64,000 bases of DNA from Octopus bimaculoides (taxonomy: Eukaryota): NCBI RefSeq assembly GCF_001194135.2, contig NC_068981.1, positions 131,841,338-131,905,337 on the forward strand, read 5' to 3'. A model generated the notes under the pieces. The model worked only from the letters and a program-made list of their open reading frames with translations, was not told the origin of the DNA and made no database searches. Below are positions 51,001 to 61,422 of the stretch, piece after piece; positions within the stretch are counted from its first letter, which is position 1; each line of letters starts with the position of its first letter. The position numbers and the translations under genes are program-made.

Positions 51001-54000
51001 GAAAACAAAATAAAATTTGTAATAAACAAAATCTCAAAATTTTCTTCCCTTAAGTTAAAATGTTAAATGGATTTACTCTTTTCATTGAAAACTTTTTATT
51101 GTTGTTTAGTTTTTTGTCTGTCACACTGGGTTCCTTTAGTGGAGTAAATGAATAAGTTTCTATGAAGAACAAGAGGCTCTTCGGGTTTATTGCTAAATAG
51201 TACACAAATCCAAATTCATAAATTATACCTCAAATCTAACAGAGTTATATTATGCCTCTAAGCAAGGCAAGTTACTCAGATTTTTTTATTATTTTCTATT
51301 TAATAACAATGTATCTACTTTCCAGGTAAGTAATTAATATTAGAAAAGTCAAAAGTGATATAAATGTTCTAAAATTGTACAACTCTGTGAAAACATATCT
51401 CATGTTATCATTGAGAAAGAAAACATGATTTGGCCTGAGTTGCACTGGTTTTTCACTTAAATATGTTGTTCTAGGTGTTGCCTCTAATGACTGGCATAAT
51501 TGTACCATCAGCTGTTAATTTTTTTTTTTTTTTAACATGAGAGAGGAAAATTGTAAGTGTTTCAAGTTATGAAGGTTGTAGAAATAATTATTATCTACAC
51601 TTCTGTTATAAAGATGTTTTTTAAAAACTTTTCTCTCTGAAATTTCAGCCTCACAAAAATTTGTCACAATTACCAAATTTTGCATTCTCAGTTCCACTAG
51701 CTATGTATCATCTGGCAATTCAAAATAATGAAAGTACAGAGAAAGCTGACAAAAGGGTTTGTTATAACTGTTTATTTAATTAGATTTTTACCTTTCATTT
51801 CAATGCACGATTTATTTATCATAAATCCAATGCTTTTCTCTATTTAAGAAGAAGTAAGATATTTTTATTATTAATTGCTTGGTCACGTGCTTTGTAAGGA
51901 TGTATGCTAACAGTGTTCTAAATGTATATAAAACACGAAAGTCATGAAAAGTTATTTTATTTAATATACATCATTACTGTCAATTAAGTGGCACTGGCTT
52001 TTGCCTGTGTCTCCATCCATCTCCACCCACTTTTCCTGGGAGGGCCATTGGAATAGAGTCCTTAGAGAGACTCCTTGATCTCTGAGTTATACACTGTGCC
52101 AAGATCCTTCAGACGAATCCCATTTCAGCTGCTTGTATTCACCATGTGTTTCATCTGATTTATTGCTTGTTTGACAGTTTGCTTCTGATGTCTCAGAATT
52201 TAGGAAGTTCATTTTTTTTTTTAGAATCAATCATTACTAATCAAAATGTTCAAAAAATAATTCTCTTTTAAAATTTATACACACATATGTATGTATGTAT
52301 GTATTAAGAATTTTACAAATAGAAGGCTCAACTTTATTCAACAAATATGCTGGATTAAATATGGTTTATATTGTAAAACAAAGTAAATAGCAAAACAATT
52401 TCTTTTAGATGCTGGTGGTGTGATATTGATCATAATACTTAGTACTGCGATATGTCTAAAAACTGTTGAAAAGAAATAAGTTCAAATACAAATGCAGAGA
52501 GAAATAATTTTCTATCATTTTCATTTGTTAACTTTTTATCTTACCATCATCATTTAATATCTACTTTTTTTATATTTGCATTGGTCACTTGGAATTTACT
52601 GAAGCCAGATACTCTTCCTGTTGCCTTATATTGGGGAAATATTTCTTCTGATTATGTAACAGAATAAGAATGAGTACTCATTGAGCACAAACATACTCAT
52701 TGTGAGTTTTATTTATGTAAAAAAAAGAAAAAAACACTATTCGCTATTTCTGAAGGCATAAATAGTGTCAGGCTAATTAATTGCTTAAAGGTATTTAGTT
52801 CCACCTTGCTAATATCACTTATTCTTTCATTCTTCCAGTATTGACAAAGAAATGTACCTGGTATCTTCTAGGAATAATGCAGTTTACATACTTCAGTCAT
52901 TCCCTACAAAGTTAGCTACAACTGGCCTTGTGTCAGTATAAGAAACAATAATTTATTATAAATTATTTATTAACAATTTATGTATCACTTTTTATTTATC
53001 TTAGCATCAGCATCCATCTATGTACCAATACACACACACACATAGTCTCTCTAACAGAAATTGATTTAATATCTATTGTTTTATTCAGTTACAAGAAAGC
53101 CTTCGCATGTTTCCTGCACTGCTGTTCTCTCTTCTGGATAAATGTAGTGTCAACCCTGCAGGAGTAGTCACCAGTTGCCACTTGTTCACTGAAGCTCAAG
53201 TGGGGTAAGTACTGTCATCAGAGTAGTTTTGAGTCATTTTCTTAGTATTAGTCATGTGCTCACATAGGTCATGGGTCCAAATCTGCTGCAGATGTTTTGT
53301 TGTGTTCATAGATAGAAAATTTTATGTTACATTTTCCTACTTTACTTAGATGTCAGAAATAGGTACTAAATTACCTGGGAATATTGTCTATGACAGAATA
53401 GTAAGCTATCCAAGAGTAGTTGTCTTTCATCTGCTTCTCACAATTGACCATTAGATGTAAGCATTTACAATGCATTTATGTATGTGTGCACATCCATATG
53501 TACATGTGGTGTGTGCGTATGAGTAGATGTAATCGCCTTACCTCGGTTTTCCTTTCCTCGACTGCGAGTCCGTCTTGCGGTATCCGATCCTTGAAGCTTG
53601 CCCCGACCCAAAGTACACCAGGTATAGCAGCTGCTTCTCCCAAACCTTCCCAAACCTAGACCGTCGCTTAACACGTCTTGTCCTGACCGCAGCCCCGTTC
53701 GAAAAGGGCACGAACGCCGATCGAGGCTCCCTCTGCCCTTTTTCCCCTTCCGGTCGACTCGCCCTTCCGGTCAGCCTCCCCAGACACTGACGTCATACCA
53801 CAGTACATACAAACACAGACAAAATACTTTAAATACTATATCATACTTTTTAACTGACAAAATACTTCAAATACTATATCATACTCTTTAACTTCTTGCA
53901 GACTGCCAAGTGGTTTACGCCAACTGATTGGTCTTTATACTGGCCAAACCTGGCCTTGTTGGAAAGTTATGCAAAATATCCAGTGGCTTGAGAAAAATGT

Positions 54001-55565
54001 TGAAGTAGTTGTACAAAACTACCAAGCTGAAAATGATGATAAAAAAGAATGTTATCGGAGGTAACTAACCCAAAGTTTTGATTTCTTATTTCTGTATAAT
54101 TTGCAGATTTTTTACCGCCTGACTGGACTTCGTGCGGGTAGCACGTAAAAGCACCCACTACACTCTCGGAGTGGTTGGTGTTAGGAAGGGCATCCAGCTG
54201 TAGAAACTCTGCCAAATCAGATTGGAGCTTGGTGTAGCCATCTGGTTTCACCAATCCTCAGTCAAATCGTCCAACCCATGCTAGCATGGAAAGCGGACGT
54301 TAAACGACGACGATGATGATGATGATGATGATGATGAACTGTTTTTCACTACCTTTTATATCCTTTTTTGGAACATTTATTTTTACATCTTGATACTCTC
54401 TCCCTCTTTATCCTCACTCTTTCACTTTGATACTCAGTTAAATTGATCGTTTCATATTTCAAATTAAAACATACATAAGTAGTGTATTTCGTTTAAAATC
54501 ATTTCAGTTAACATCTTTTTTTTTCATGGCTGTGACAGGAGTAAATTGCACTTTGTGTAGTCAAACTTTATAGGGAGTACATCTGGCTGTAAAAATCCTG
54601 CCTCAATTTCCTTCTGTCTCAGCCCTGCTAGCATGGAAAAAAACTCCAGATGTTTGAAACAAAGCTATTTCAAATAAAATGCACTGTCATGTGTCTCAAT
54701 TTTCACAATAATAAAAATTTTCAATAAGTTTTTGCATGAAATTATGATGGGTGGTTTGAATTTAAACACTGAACACTTTGAAATGGGTAGTTTTCTAACA
54801 AAGAACCGAAGGTGATTTTAGGTGTGTTGCTATTTAAAAGTTTTAAAGTGAGTATAATTGGCAAATTATCAAACTTAAATCCATAAATTACTTTATCAAT
54901 TTTGTTTTCATTGTTATTTTACTAGATTTCACCGACGATATCAAGGCACACCTAGAAATATTTGTCGATATATACTTCTGTCTGAGATCAAAGAAGCTAT
55001 GGCAGATCTTCCACCGGTAAAAAGCAATAACTAAACATTTCTGTTTTCTATTTTTATGACTAACTTATTTTGAAATTCTCCCTATTGATCTGTAGCTTAT
55101 TTCTTAATCAAATTATGTGTGTTGTTTTTTTATATATATATATATATATATCGTTACCAGAGCACCAGCCGTCTGGCTTTCGTGCCGGTGGCATGTAAAT
55201 AGTTCCATTTGAGCTTGGTCGTTACCAGCGTTGGCTTACTGGCACTTGTGCCAGTGGCACATGAAAAGACATTCGAGCGAATTCGTTGCAAGTGCCGCTG
55301 GACTGGCTCCTGTGCAGGTGGCATGTAAAATACATCATTTTGAGCATGGCCGTTGCCAGTACCTCCTGACTGGCCTTCGTGCCGGTGGCACGTAAAAGCA
55401 CCCACTGCACTCTCTGAGTGGTTGGCATTAGGAAGGGCATCCAGCTATAGAAACTCTGCCAAATCAGATTGGAGCCTGGTGTAGCCATCTGGTTTCACCA
55501 GTCCTCAGTCAAATTGTCCAACCCATGCTAGCATGGAAAGCGGACGTTAAATGATGATGATGATG

Positions 55566-55597
<32 letters not shown>

Positions 55598-58500
55598 CAC
55601 ATATAATTTGTTTACATCCCCATAACTTTGCAGTTTGTAAAAAGAGATCAATTGAATAAATAAGAAGCTTAAAAAATAAGTCCCAAGGTCAATTTGTTTG
55701 ACTAAAACCCTTCAAGGTAGTGCTTCAGCAAACGACTGAAACAAGCAAAAGAATAAAAGAATACACACACACACACAGCTGTATCAACCAGACTGTTGGA
55801 GGTTGTTGTGCATCCTCGCATTGTTGTAGCTTTCATATGGTGTCGCCTCAGAGGTTAGTAGGTCAGGCCAGTATTACCCCTGAATGGAATGCCTGTCTGT
55901 AACAAGGTTACCCATTTACAGCTGAGTGGACTGGATTAATGTGAGATAAAGTGTTTTGCTCAAGAGTACAATGTGCAACCAGTCAGGGAGTCGAAACCAC
56001 AATCTTGCAGTTGTGAGTGCAATATCTTAACCACAAGGCCAAGCACCTTCACTATATTATATACATACTTGTGTGTGTGGAAATTGTGATGACATTTGGT
56101 TGAGCATATCTGTGTTTGTTATGTGCGTTTTTTGCCTTGCTTTTCTATATGTTTTGTTGTTGTAACCCTGTGTCACATTTTCAATATGTGTATTTGCTCC
56201 AGCAAATGACTGAAACAAGTAAAAGAAAAAACGAATGCACACATGCACAGCTGTAACAACCAGATTATTAGAGGTTGTTATACGCTGTTGATCACAATGT
56301 GCACCCTCGCATTGTTGTAGCTTTCAAATGATGTCATCCCAGTGGTTAGGAGGACAGACCAGTATTCCCCTGAATATATATGTATATATAATGTATTTGT
56401 ACACTTTTAAGAGAACATGAAATAATTCTGTTTTGGAACAGTGGCTCTCAAAACCCACATAAAGCTGTAACTGATAACATTTAAATATTGGATTGCAAAA
56501 CACTTTTTGGATATTATTTATAGGTTTATGTGTGTTGCAACATCCACTGTTTCAAAAGAGATACACACAAAAACACACACCTATTTTATATGAATTTGTT
56601 GAATTTATTAAAAGTGCTAAAATCAGTTTAGTTGACAAGATTTCTATTTCATTGCAGGACATTACAAACTCAGTTATTCTAAGTTATGATATTTTACCAC
56701 CAAGGGACAATATAGAGACGTACAAACGGCCACAGAGGTGAATATGAAAGCATTCTTTCTATTCATTTTCATTGATGCAGATTTTTACTGTTTATCCTAG
56801 AATATTCTCTAGTATAACCACCATGTTATGATTTGAATTCATGTCAGTATTTCCTTTGTTCTTTCAACATTCTGAGCTCAAAAGAATAAGTACCACTTAT
56901 AAAACTGATACCAGTTCAGTCAACTATCTCTACATCCCTCGGAAGCCAAATTTTTTATTATTAAGTATCATTGTCATAGTAAGTAAGAGGGAGAGAGAGA
57001 TGGTACATGGTGCTATTTCTGTAATTTCAAAACACCCGGTCCTTCAGTCTTTGACATATATGATTGCTCATTTGTTATATGCACAACATTGTCTGCTCCA
57101 TGTTTGCATGTTTACAATGGTTTACTTAATAAATAAAGCATTTCTTTCTTCTTTTTATATTATTTTTTTGTTAGTGTGTGTGTTTGTGGTGGAGGCTGAA
57201 TCCCCTTCCTACCACTAATTACTCAGCTGTAAATTAGGAGTTTATTTATCTATTCATTTTTTTCTTTTTGGGTTCTAATGAATAATTGTTATGTACCATG
57301 ACCAGGAGCATAACTCAATGGCCATAGTAAGATTAGAACCTACAACATTGTAGTCAGAAGTCCTGAGCCTTAGCTACACAGCCATTATGCCTTATCTATA
57401 GAATCCTGTACATTGCACCATGGCAACTCTCAACCTCTAACCCTCAACTTAGCCATGATTAACCAGACCTAAGATGTTCTAGCTATAACCATCACATTTT
57501 TTGCTGGCATAGTTTACATAGAACTTCATTATCTTATGTGTCCTAGAATTTCTTTTTTCCAAAATATTAAAGTGTTAAACTATGTTGAAGCCTTTCAGAT
57601 GAGCTTGAACCATAAATCTCTGGTCCAGCCTTGTCACAGTGTCAGTCTGATTCTATCTGACAATTATGATACAGATACAAGTATCTGTGGAAAACTCATT
57701 CACTTACACTACAACTCAATGGATAGATTGCCGTTTTGTTTAGCCTCTGGTCAGCTCTTATAGAGCAGATCTATGTTTAAAGAGATTGCAGCTATGAGGA
57801 TTGCAACTTTTTAATTTTTTTCTCCATATATTATAGCTAAACTATATTATGCAATGTGTGTTTACTTTTTTAAGACAGTATAAGGTGAAGGGGTATTTTG
57901 AGGAAGATTTGGCTACTATTTCTAATATGTTGAGCAACCACATAGTGATTCTTTTGTTAAGAAATTTGTTCCCTTGATCAAACAAGCAGAAAATTTATTA
58001 GAGAAAAAGTTTGTAAATAAGGTGTAATTCAAAAAAAGCAAACATTTATAAACTTCTCAGTTAAATTCGAAAAAGACTTTCAGAAAATTTTTCATATCTA
58101 ATACTTTGCTCCTCTGATATTTCACTTATGTGTTCTCACTGTGCATTCTAATAGACTTTGTTGTTTTTCTATGTGTTTTCAGACCTAGAAGAGTGTCTTC
58201 CACCAGCGGAGGAGTTACTACATTCCTTAGGTCCTTACTGCCAGATTTTTCTATTGATGTAAGTCAGTTTCTTTAACATAAAATTTAGATGACTTTTATT
58301 TTTTCCAAAAATAATTGTTGGATCTGATTTTTTCTTTGATTGCTGAACATGTGCATACACACACGTTCCCATATGTGTGCGGGTATGTATATATTGTACA
58401 CGTGTGTGTGCCCGCATACACACACACAATGATAGTGTGATCTGAAAAGATCTTGGTATATGAAGATAATCAGCATTGAAGCATGTACATGGCTAGTATA

Positions 58501-61255
58501 GATGGTCAAAAGAAGGCTATACACAGTCAACAAAGTTTATTAACTGGCATATTTATATACTTTGTCCTATATTGAAACAGATGGAAGTTTCTTATTTCTT
58601 TATTGCCCACAAGGGGATAAACATAGAGGGGACAAACAAGGACAGACAAAAGGATTAAGTCGATTGCATCGACCCCAGTGCGTAACTGGTACTTAATTTA
58701 TCAACCCCGAAAGGATGAAAGGCAAAGTCGACCTCAGCAGAATTTGAACTCAGAACATAATGGCAGACGAAATACCGCTAAGCATTTCGCCCAGCGTGCT
58801 AATGTTTCTGCCAGCTCGCCGCCTTCTATAAGGCGACTGCTTCTATACAACTCCTGGTTTTGCAACAAAAATTGCTAATTATGTGAATATAAATTGAAGA
58901 GTGCAAGGAATAGAAAAGGTAAATCAAAGCTACATCTGCTTCCAAGCTTAAACTTAATATGTCTTATGTAACATGTAATGCATAAAAATATTGTTTGGCT
59001 TTTCTGCAGGTTTAATTATCAGCAGTTGTTTGCATCATTGCCTCTTGGAATGATGCAAGCAACTGCTGGTAATTAGACCTGAATAAAAGCTAAACGATGT
59101 TTGTATGTGTTGCATAAAACATATTTAGTTTTAATTTACCTTTTCCATTCCGTACACTCTTTGATATATACACACACATACACATATCAGGTTGAGTAAA
59201 AAGTAAGCAACATTTTGAAACATGAAATTCATCACAATATATTTCAACAATGTAGAAATTTTATTCATCAAAGCAAGTACCATTACAATCAACACATTTT
59301 TGCCAAGTTACCAGTTTATTCCAGTAACGTAAAAATCTGGTGTTCTGGAGCTGATGAACTCTTTGAATGCACTTTCAGCATCAGTTTGATTTTTTAACTC
59401 CTTCTCTTGCAGGAAACCATCAAGGTGCTTGAAAAAGTGGTAGTCGGTAGGAGAAAGGTGTGGGGAATAAGCTGGGTGGGAAAGAACTTTGTAGCCAAGT
59501 TCCCTCAACTTCTGGAGTGTCATTAGTGAAACGTGTGGTTGAGCATTGTCATGAAGAACGATCGGTTCTCTTCTGTTGACCAGTCTGGGATGGAGGAGTA
59601 GCAGTTTTTTCATTCATTTTGGCAATTTCATGGCAATATGTTTCTGCAGTAACAGGTTTTCTGTGTTTTAAGAAGTTATAGTGGATGAGTCCAGCAGTAC
59701 ACTACCATACAGTCACCATAACCTTCTTTTTGAAGAGCTCGGGTTTAGGGAAGGTTTTCGGTGCTTCATTTTGGTCCAACCACTGCAAAGAATGTTTTTT
59801 ATTACTGTACAGAATCCACTTTTCATCACAAGTTACAATACAATTAAGAAATGGATCGGTCTCGTTACGGAGAAGAAGTAACGAGTAAATTTCATATCTG
59901 CACATTTTCTGATTTTCATTCAAATCCTGTGGTACCCATTGTCAAGCTTTTTTTTGATTTTCCAATCGCGTGCAAATGGTTGCAGGCAGTTTTCTGGCTA
60001 ACTTGAAGTTCTTTTGCCAGTTCTCAAGGGGTTTTATGTGGATCTTTCTCAATGATGGTCTTTAATTGACTGTCATGGATGACAGATGGGCGTCCACTGC
60101 ACTCATGATCTTCAAGGCTAAGGTCTCCATTGCGAAATCATTAAAACTATTTTCTAGCTGACTGCACACTGGTCATTTCCTCACCAAATGTTTCGTTGAT
60201 ATCGTGAGCAGTTTCAGCTGCTTTACATCCTTTTTTGAAGTTGAATAGGAATATTGCTCGAATATCGCGCTTTGACAGTTCCATTTCAGATAATTGTAAC
60301 AACGATGAAAAAAATATCAATGTTAATTTATTGATGCATTTGGGCAACTCTATGTGTGTATTATCAGACAATTGCAAAAAACTGTTAAAAAAAAATTCAA
60401 ACCTCTGCAAAAATCTGGTACAGATTCTTTATGGTTCAAAACGTTGCTTACTTTTCACTGAACCTGATATATACATAGCTAAGCACTTCCCAACCACCTG
60501 GTTCTGGATTTAGTCCCACTGTGTAGCACCTTGGGCAAGTGTCTTCTACTACAGACCTGGGGCTGACCAAGGCCTTGTGAAAAGCTATGGTAGACAGAAA
60601 CTGAAAGGCACCTATCTTATGTGTGTGTGTCTCCTTCATTTGACATGATGTAATATTCATAATTGAGTGTCACTGTTGTACAAGCAGTGTCATTCATTTC
60701 TACATATTCAGTTAAAACTATATTTATGTTAATTGTGCATTTCATTCCTCCCCTCAGCAACCTAAATTAGCTTCAATTGCCAAATCAAAATAAATTAATG
60801 TTTAGAGTATGCTTGCTTAATTTCTCTTTTTCTCTCCATCTTATTGTCTATCTCCAAATTTATCATCATCATTCAAACTATTATTGGAAATGGACTTTAG
60901 GAAATAGAGGGTATGCTAAGATCCAAAAACTGATGTTGAGAAGGAGTGGACTTAGGTGTTACAAGTTTCTCCATTTATAAGCTGCAAAGTAGAGGAACGC
61001 TGCCCCCTGCCTCTATCACTGCTCCCCAGTTCTTTTAATAACCTGTTTGAAATACCTCTTTTATTAAAGGAACCACTTGAAGAAGAACATGGTGCCACAG
61101 GAGGAGGCCATGGTGCCCAACTGACCAATAGCATAGAAACTTTATTGGAAGTGATGCGAGATTTAATGGGTAATATTCGGCCTGTACCACCTCCAATTGA
61201 GAATCCTCAGAATCAAGCTGATCCACCAGAAGAACATAATGAAGAATGGGGTTAA
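30141..61255 (+). CDS. TCF25: Transcription factor 25 / ribosome quality control complex subunit TCF25 (Rqc1/Nulp1 homolog), 16 coding exons, 666 aa
   Basis: Exons 30141-30320, 34917-35111, 35257-35390, 35507-35572, 41358-41437, 43572-43708, 46020-46119, 48255-48441, 50867-50972, 51649-51756, 53089-53204, 53902-54060, 54926-55016, 56658-56737, 58183-58258 and 61070-61255 (2001 nt) join in frame with GT-AG ends. Motifs: MSSRALRRL, NRFDL, VEHRHLNPEYELKRLFG, FEH...YQ..Q.KF..AVES, PYHIDSL.Q, ERALFSFE..FHPLF, GCNRTALEYCKLLLSLDP..DPL, NLSQLPNFAFSVPLA, FLRSLLP. Confidence 0.93.
31305..32420 (+). mobile_element. Decayed CR1/L2-group LINE (RT through 3' end)
   Basis: GRSTSLQLLKVTEEWIDD...IDCIF, FDKV.H.RL..KL, WIENFFSDRKQ, and TFSLRTVKVWNNL near the 3' end; many lesions. 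Confidence 0.7.
32930..33207 (+). mobile_element. RTE-family 3' UTR fragment with (GAT)n tail
   Basis: GCCTGACTGGCCTTCGTGC.GGTGGCACGTAAAAGCACCCACTACACTCTC...GCATGGAAAGCGGA.GTTAAACGA. Near-identical copies at 47016-47338, 54115-54336 and 55155-55566 (+); a reverse copy at 36410-37135. Confidence 0.8.
33800..34320 (-). mobile_element. Fragment of a Hero/NeSL-like (restriction-like endonuclease) non-LTR retrotransposon
   Basis: Minus-strand frames: KIKWPKAND...F, then after a frameshift KLKNLAYTIYQEGEKRFG, resembling the pre-RT region of Hero-type elements. CpG-richer than the flanks. Confidence 0.5.
34917..35111 (+). CDS. TCF25: TCF25 exon 2
   Basis: LENGNKEDECDEEE...KKKKKKK...IAQN; TTGTAG acceptor, GTAAGG donor. 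Confidence 0.85.
35257..35390 (+). CDS. TCF25: TCF25 exon 3
   Basis: YEDNIDAEIEE...IFNVEHR. Confidence 0.9.
35507..35572 (+). CDS. TCF25: TCF25 exon 4
   Basis: HLNPEYELKRLFGSRVIKSEL. Confidence 0.92.
35951..36130 (+). mobile_element. SINE 5' portion (family of 58587-58825)
   Basis: GGCAGCAAGCTGGCAGAA...TTTAGCGGCATTTCGTCTG...TTCTGAGT.CAAATTCC. Confidence 0.7.
36410..37135 (-). mobile_element. RTE LINE 3' end (reverse orientation)
   Basis: (ATC)n tail at 36410, the 3' UTR with repeated GCCACC(A/G)GCA units, then the C-terminal coding remnant. Confidence 0.75.
37998..38055 (-). ncRNA. Hammerhead ribozyme copy with C3->U core substitution
   Basis: AUCAUG-UUGAUGA-GUG...CAC-GAAAC-AUC-GUA-CAUGAU; the same fold as 38534-38592 but with UUGAUGA. 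Confidence 0.65.
38534..38592 (-). ncRNA. Minimal type I hammerhead ribozyme (canonical core)
   Basis: Minus strand AUCAUG-CUGAUGA-GUG(GAAA)AGAAU-UUUUAG-AUUCU(AAU)CAC-GAAAC-GUC-GUA-CAUGAU. Stem I 6 bp, stem II 3+5 bp, minimal stem III, GUA cleavage triplet. Confidence 0.8.
39079..40470 (+). mobile_element. RTE-clade LINE, internally deleted and decayed, with 3' UTR
   Basis: GKAP.PSGVTAEMLK, NYRGIKLLDQVMKVMERVI, MQFGFVLGRSTT, then VVDSFRYL...LYDAHVRTTMLHGSE.WA...LHWYGHVLRMDED. The YADD region is missing; ends with a GAT tail. Confidence 0.85.
40882..41101. mobile_element. piggyBac-type MITE (TTAA TSD)
   Basis: TTAA-CCCTTTAACATT...GAATGCTAAAGAG-TTAA; opposite orientation to 10914-11135. Confidence 0.7.
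41358..41437 (+). CDS. TCF25: TCF25 exon 5
   Basis: SRRNRKGRPTPWLSTPKDNWPPYVKT. Confidence 0.9.
43572..43708 (+). CDS. TCF25: TCF25 exon 6
   Basis: GLSMSLV...FTFEHNHQYQEIQFKFYDAVESLNTNTIA. Confidence 0.92.
43995..44106. repeat. Minisatellite, ~21-bp unit GGAGGAATAATTTGGCATAG
   Basis: About five units, bracketed by the direct repeat CTGATGTTCTGGAGGAATAATTTG. Confidence 0.85.
46020..46119 (+). CDS. TCF25: TCF25 exon 7
   Basis: DILQDHPYHIDSLIQFSEICKNGEDLNRAKELI. Confidence 0.92.
47756..48122 (-). mobile_element. Near full-length SINE (family of 20112-20484), reverse orientation
   Basis: Reverse complement of the 20.1-kb copy, with an expanded (TA)n in the middle. Confidence 0.8.
48255..48441 (+). 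CDS. TCF25: TCF25 exon 8
   Basis: ERALFSFEMSFHPLF...GCNRTALEYCKLLL. Confidence 0.93.
48671..48997 (+). mobile_element. tRNA-derived SINE (third family)
   Basis: Head ATGGCTCAGAAGTTAGAGCATCAG...GAGTTCAATTCCTGG...CTTGAGCAAGACACTT, tail CATGACTGAAGGGGGTC. Related partial copies at ~26305-26540(+), 28695-28830(-), 50480-50595(-) and 55900-56050(-). Confidence 0.75.
49162..49296. mobile_element. hAT-type MITE
   Basis: CAGTGGTTCTTAAC...GTTGAAAACCACTG terminal inverted repeats. Confidence 0.6.
50078..50282. repeat. Fold-back element: 55-bp and 23-bp perfect inverted arms with hammerhead-like cores
   Basis: Outer arms 50078-50132/50228-50282 and inner arms 50137-50159/50182-50204, both perfect by eye. 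Confidence 0.9.
50867..50972 (+). CDS. TCF25: TCF25 exon 9
   Basis: LDPDNDPLCVLLFIDYYALRAEEFSFLIRFYEEQE. Confidence 0.93.
51649..51756 (+). CDS. TCF25: TCF25 exon 10
   Basis: PHKNLSQLPNFAFSVPLAMYHL...ADKR. Confidence 0.92.
53089..53204 (+). CDS. TCF25: TCF25 exon 11
   Basis: LQESLRMFPALLFSLLDKCSVNP. Confidence 0.9.
53902..54060 (+). CDS. TCF25: TCF25 exon 12
   Basis: LPSGLRQLIGLY...WK...IQWLEKNVEVV. Confidence 0.88.
54926..55016 (+). CDS. TCF25: TCF25 exon 13
   Basis: FHRRYQGTPRNICRYILLSEIKEAMADLPP. Confidence 0.9.
56658..56737 (+). CDS. TCF25: TCF25 exon 14
   Basis: DITNSVILSYDILPPRDNIETYKRPQR. Confidence 0.88.
58183..58258 (+). CDS. TCF25: TCF25 exon 15
   Basis: PRRVSSTSGGVTTFLRSLLPDFSID. 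Confidence 0.88.
58587..58825 (-). mobile_element. Full-length, well-preserved SINE
   Basis: Minus strand GGCGGCGAGCTGGCAGAAAC.TTAGCACGC.GGGCGAAATGCTTAGCGGTATTTCGTC...GGGGTCGATG...CCCCTTGTGGGCAATAAAGAAATAAGAAAC. Confidence 0.85.
59187..60467 (-). mobile_element. Full-length (1281 bp) mariner transposon with both TIRs; transposase pseudogenised
   Basis: TA-TCAGGTTGAGTAAAAAGTAAGCAACATTTTGAA and TTCAAAACGTTGCTTACTTTTCACTGAACCTGA-TA. CDS remnant 60284->59261 with WVPQDL, IVTCDEKW, LHDNAQPH and YSPHLSPTDY; contains stops and frameshifts. Confidence 0.92.
61070..61255 (+). CDS. TCF25: TCF25 exon 16 (terminal)
   Basis: EPLEEEHG...LLEVMRDLMGNI...HNEEWG*, in phase 0 with exon 15. Confidence 0.85.
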   Translation, partial: EPLEEEHGATGGGHGAQLTNSIETLLEVMRDLMGNIRPVPPPIENPQNQADPPEEHNEEWG

Positions 61256-61416
61256 CCCAAACAGATTCAGAAAGGGAATTATTTGAAAATGAAATTGTTT
61301 CTATTTTTCTTTTGTTAATATTCTCAGATTCTAAAAGGATTCTTAATTTAATAGGCTAATTACAAAATAACTCATATTGTATCTTTTTGCTATTTAATAT
61401 TTTTAAAGAAGTTGTG

Positions 61417-61422
61417 AATAAA
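61417..61422 (+). other. Candidate TCF25 polyadenylation signal (AATAAA; a second at 61477-61482)
   Basis: Hexamers about 160 and 220 nt after the stop in a U-rich 3' UTR; usage unverified. Confidence 0.4.

Noticed and set aside
60956-61069. 5' extension of the last TCF25 ORF (MLQVSPFISCK...)
   Set aside because: Intronic read-through; the acceptor at 61068-61069 gives the in-phase junction with exon 15.
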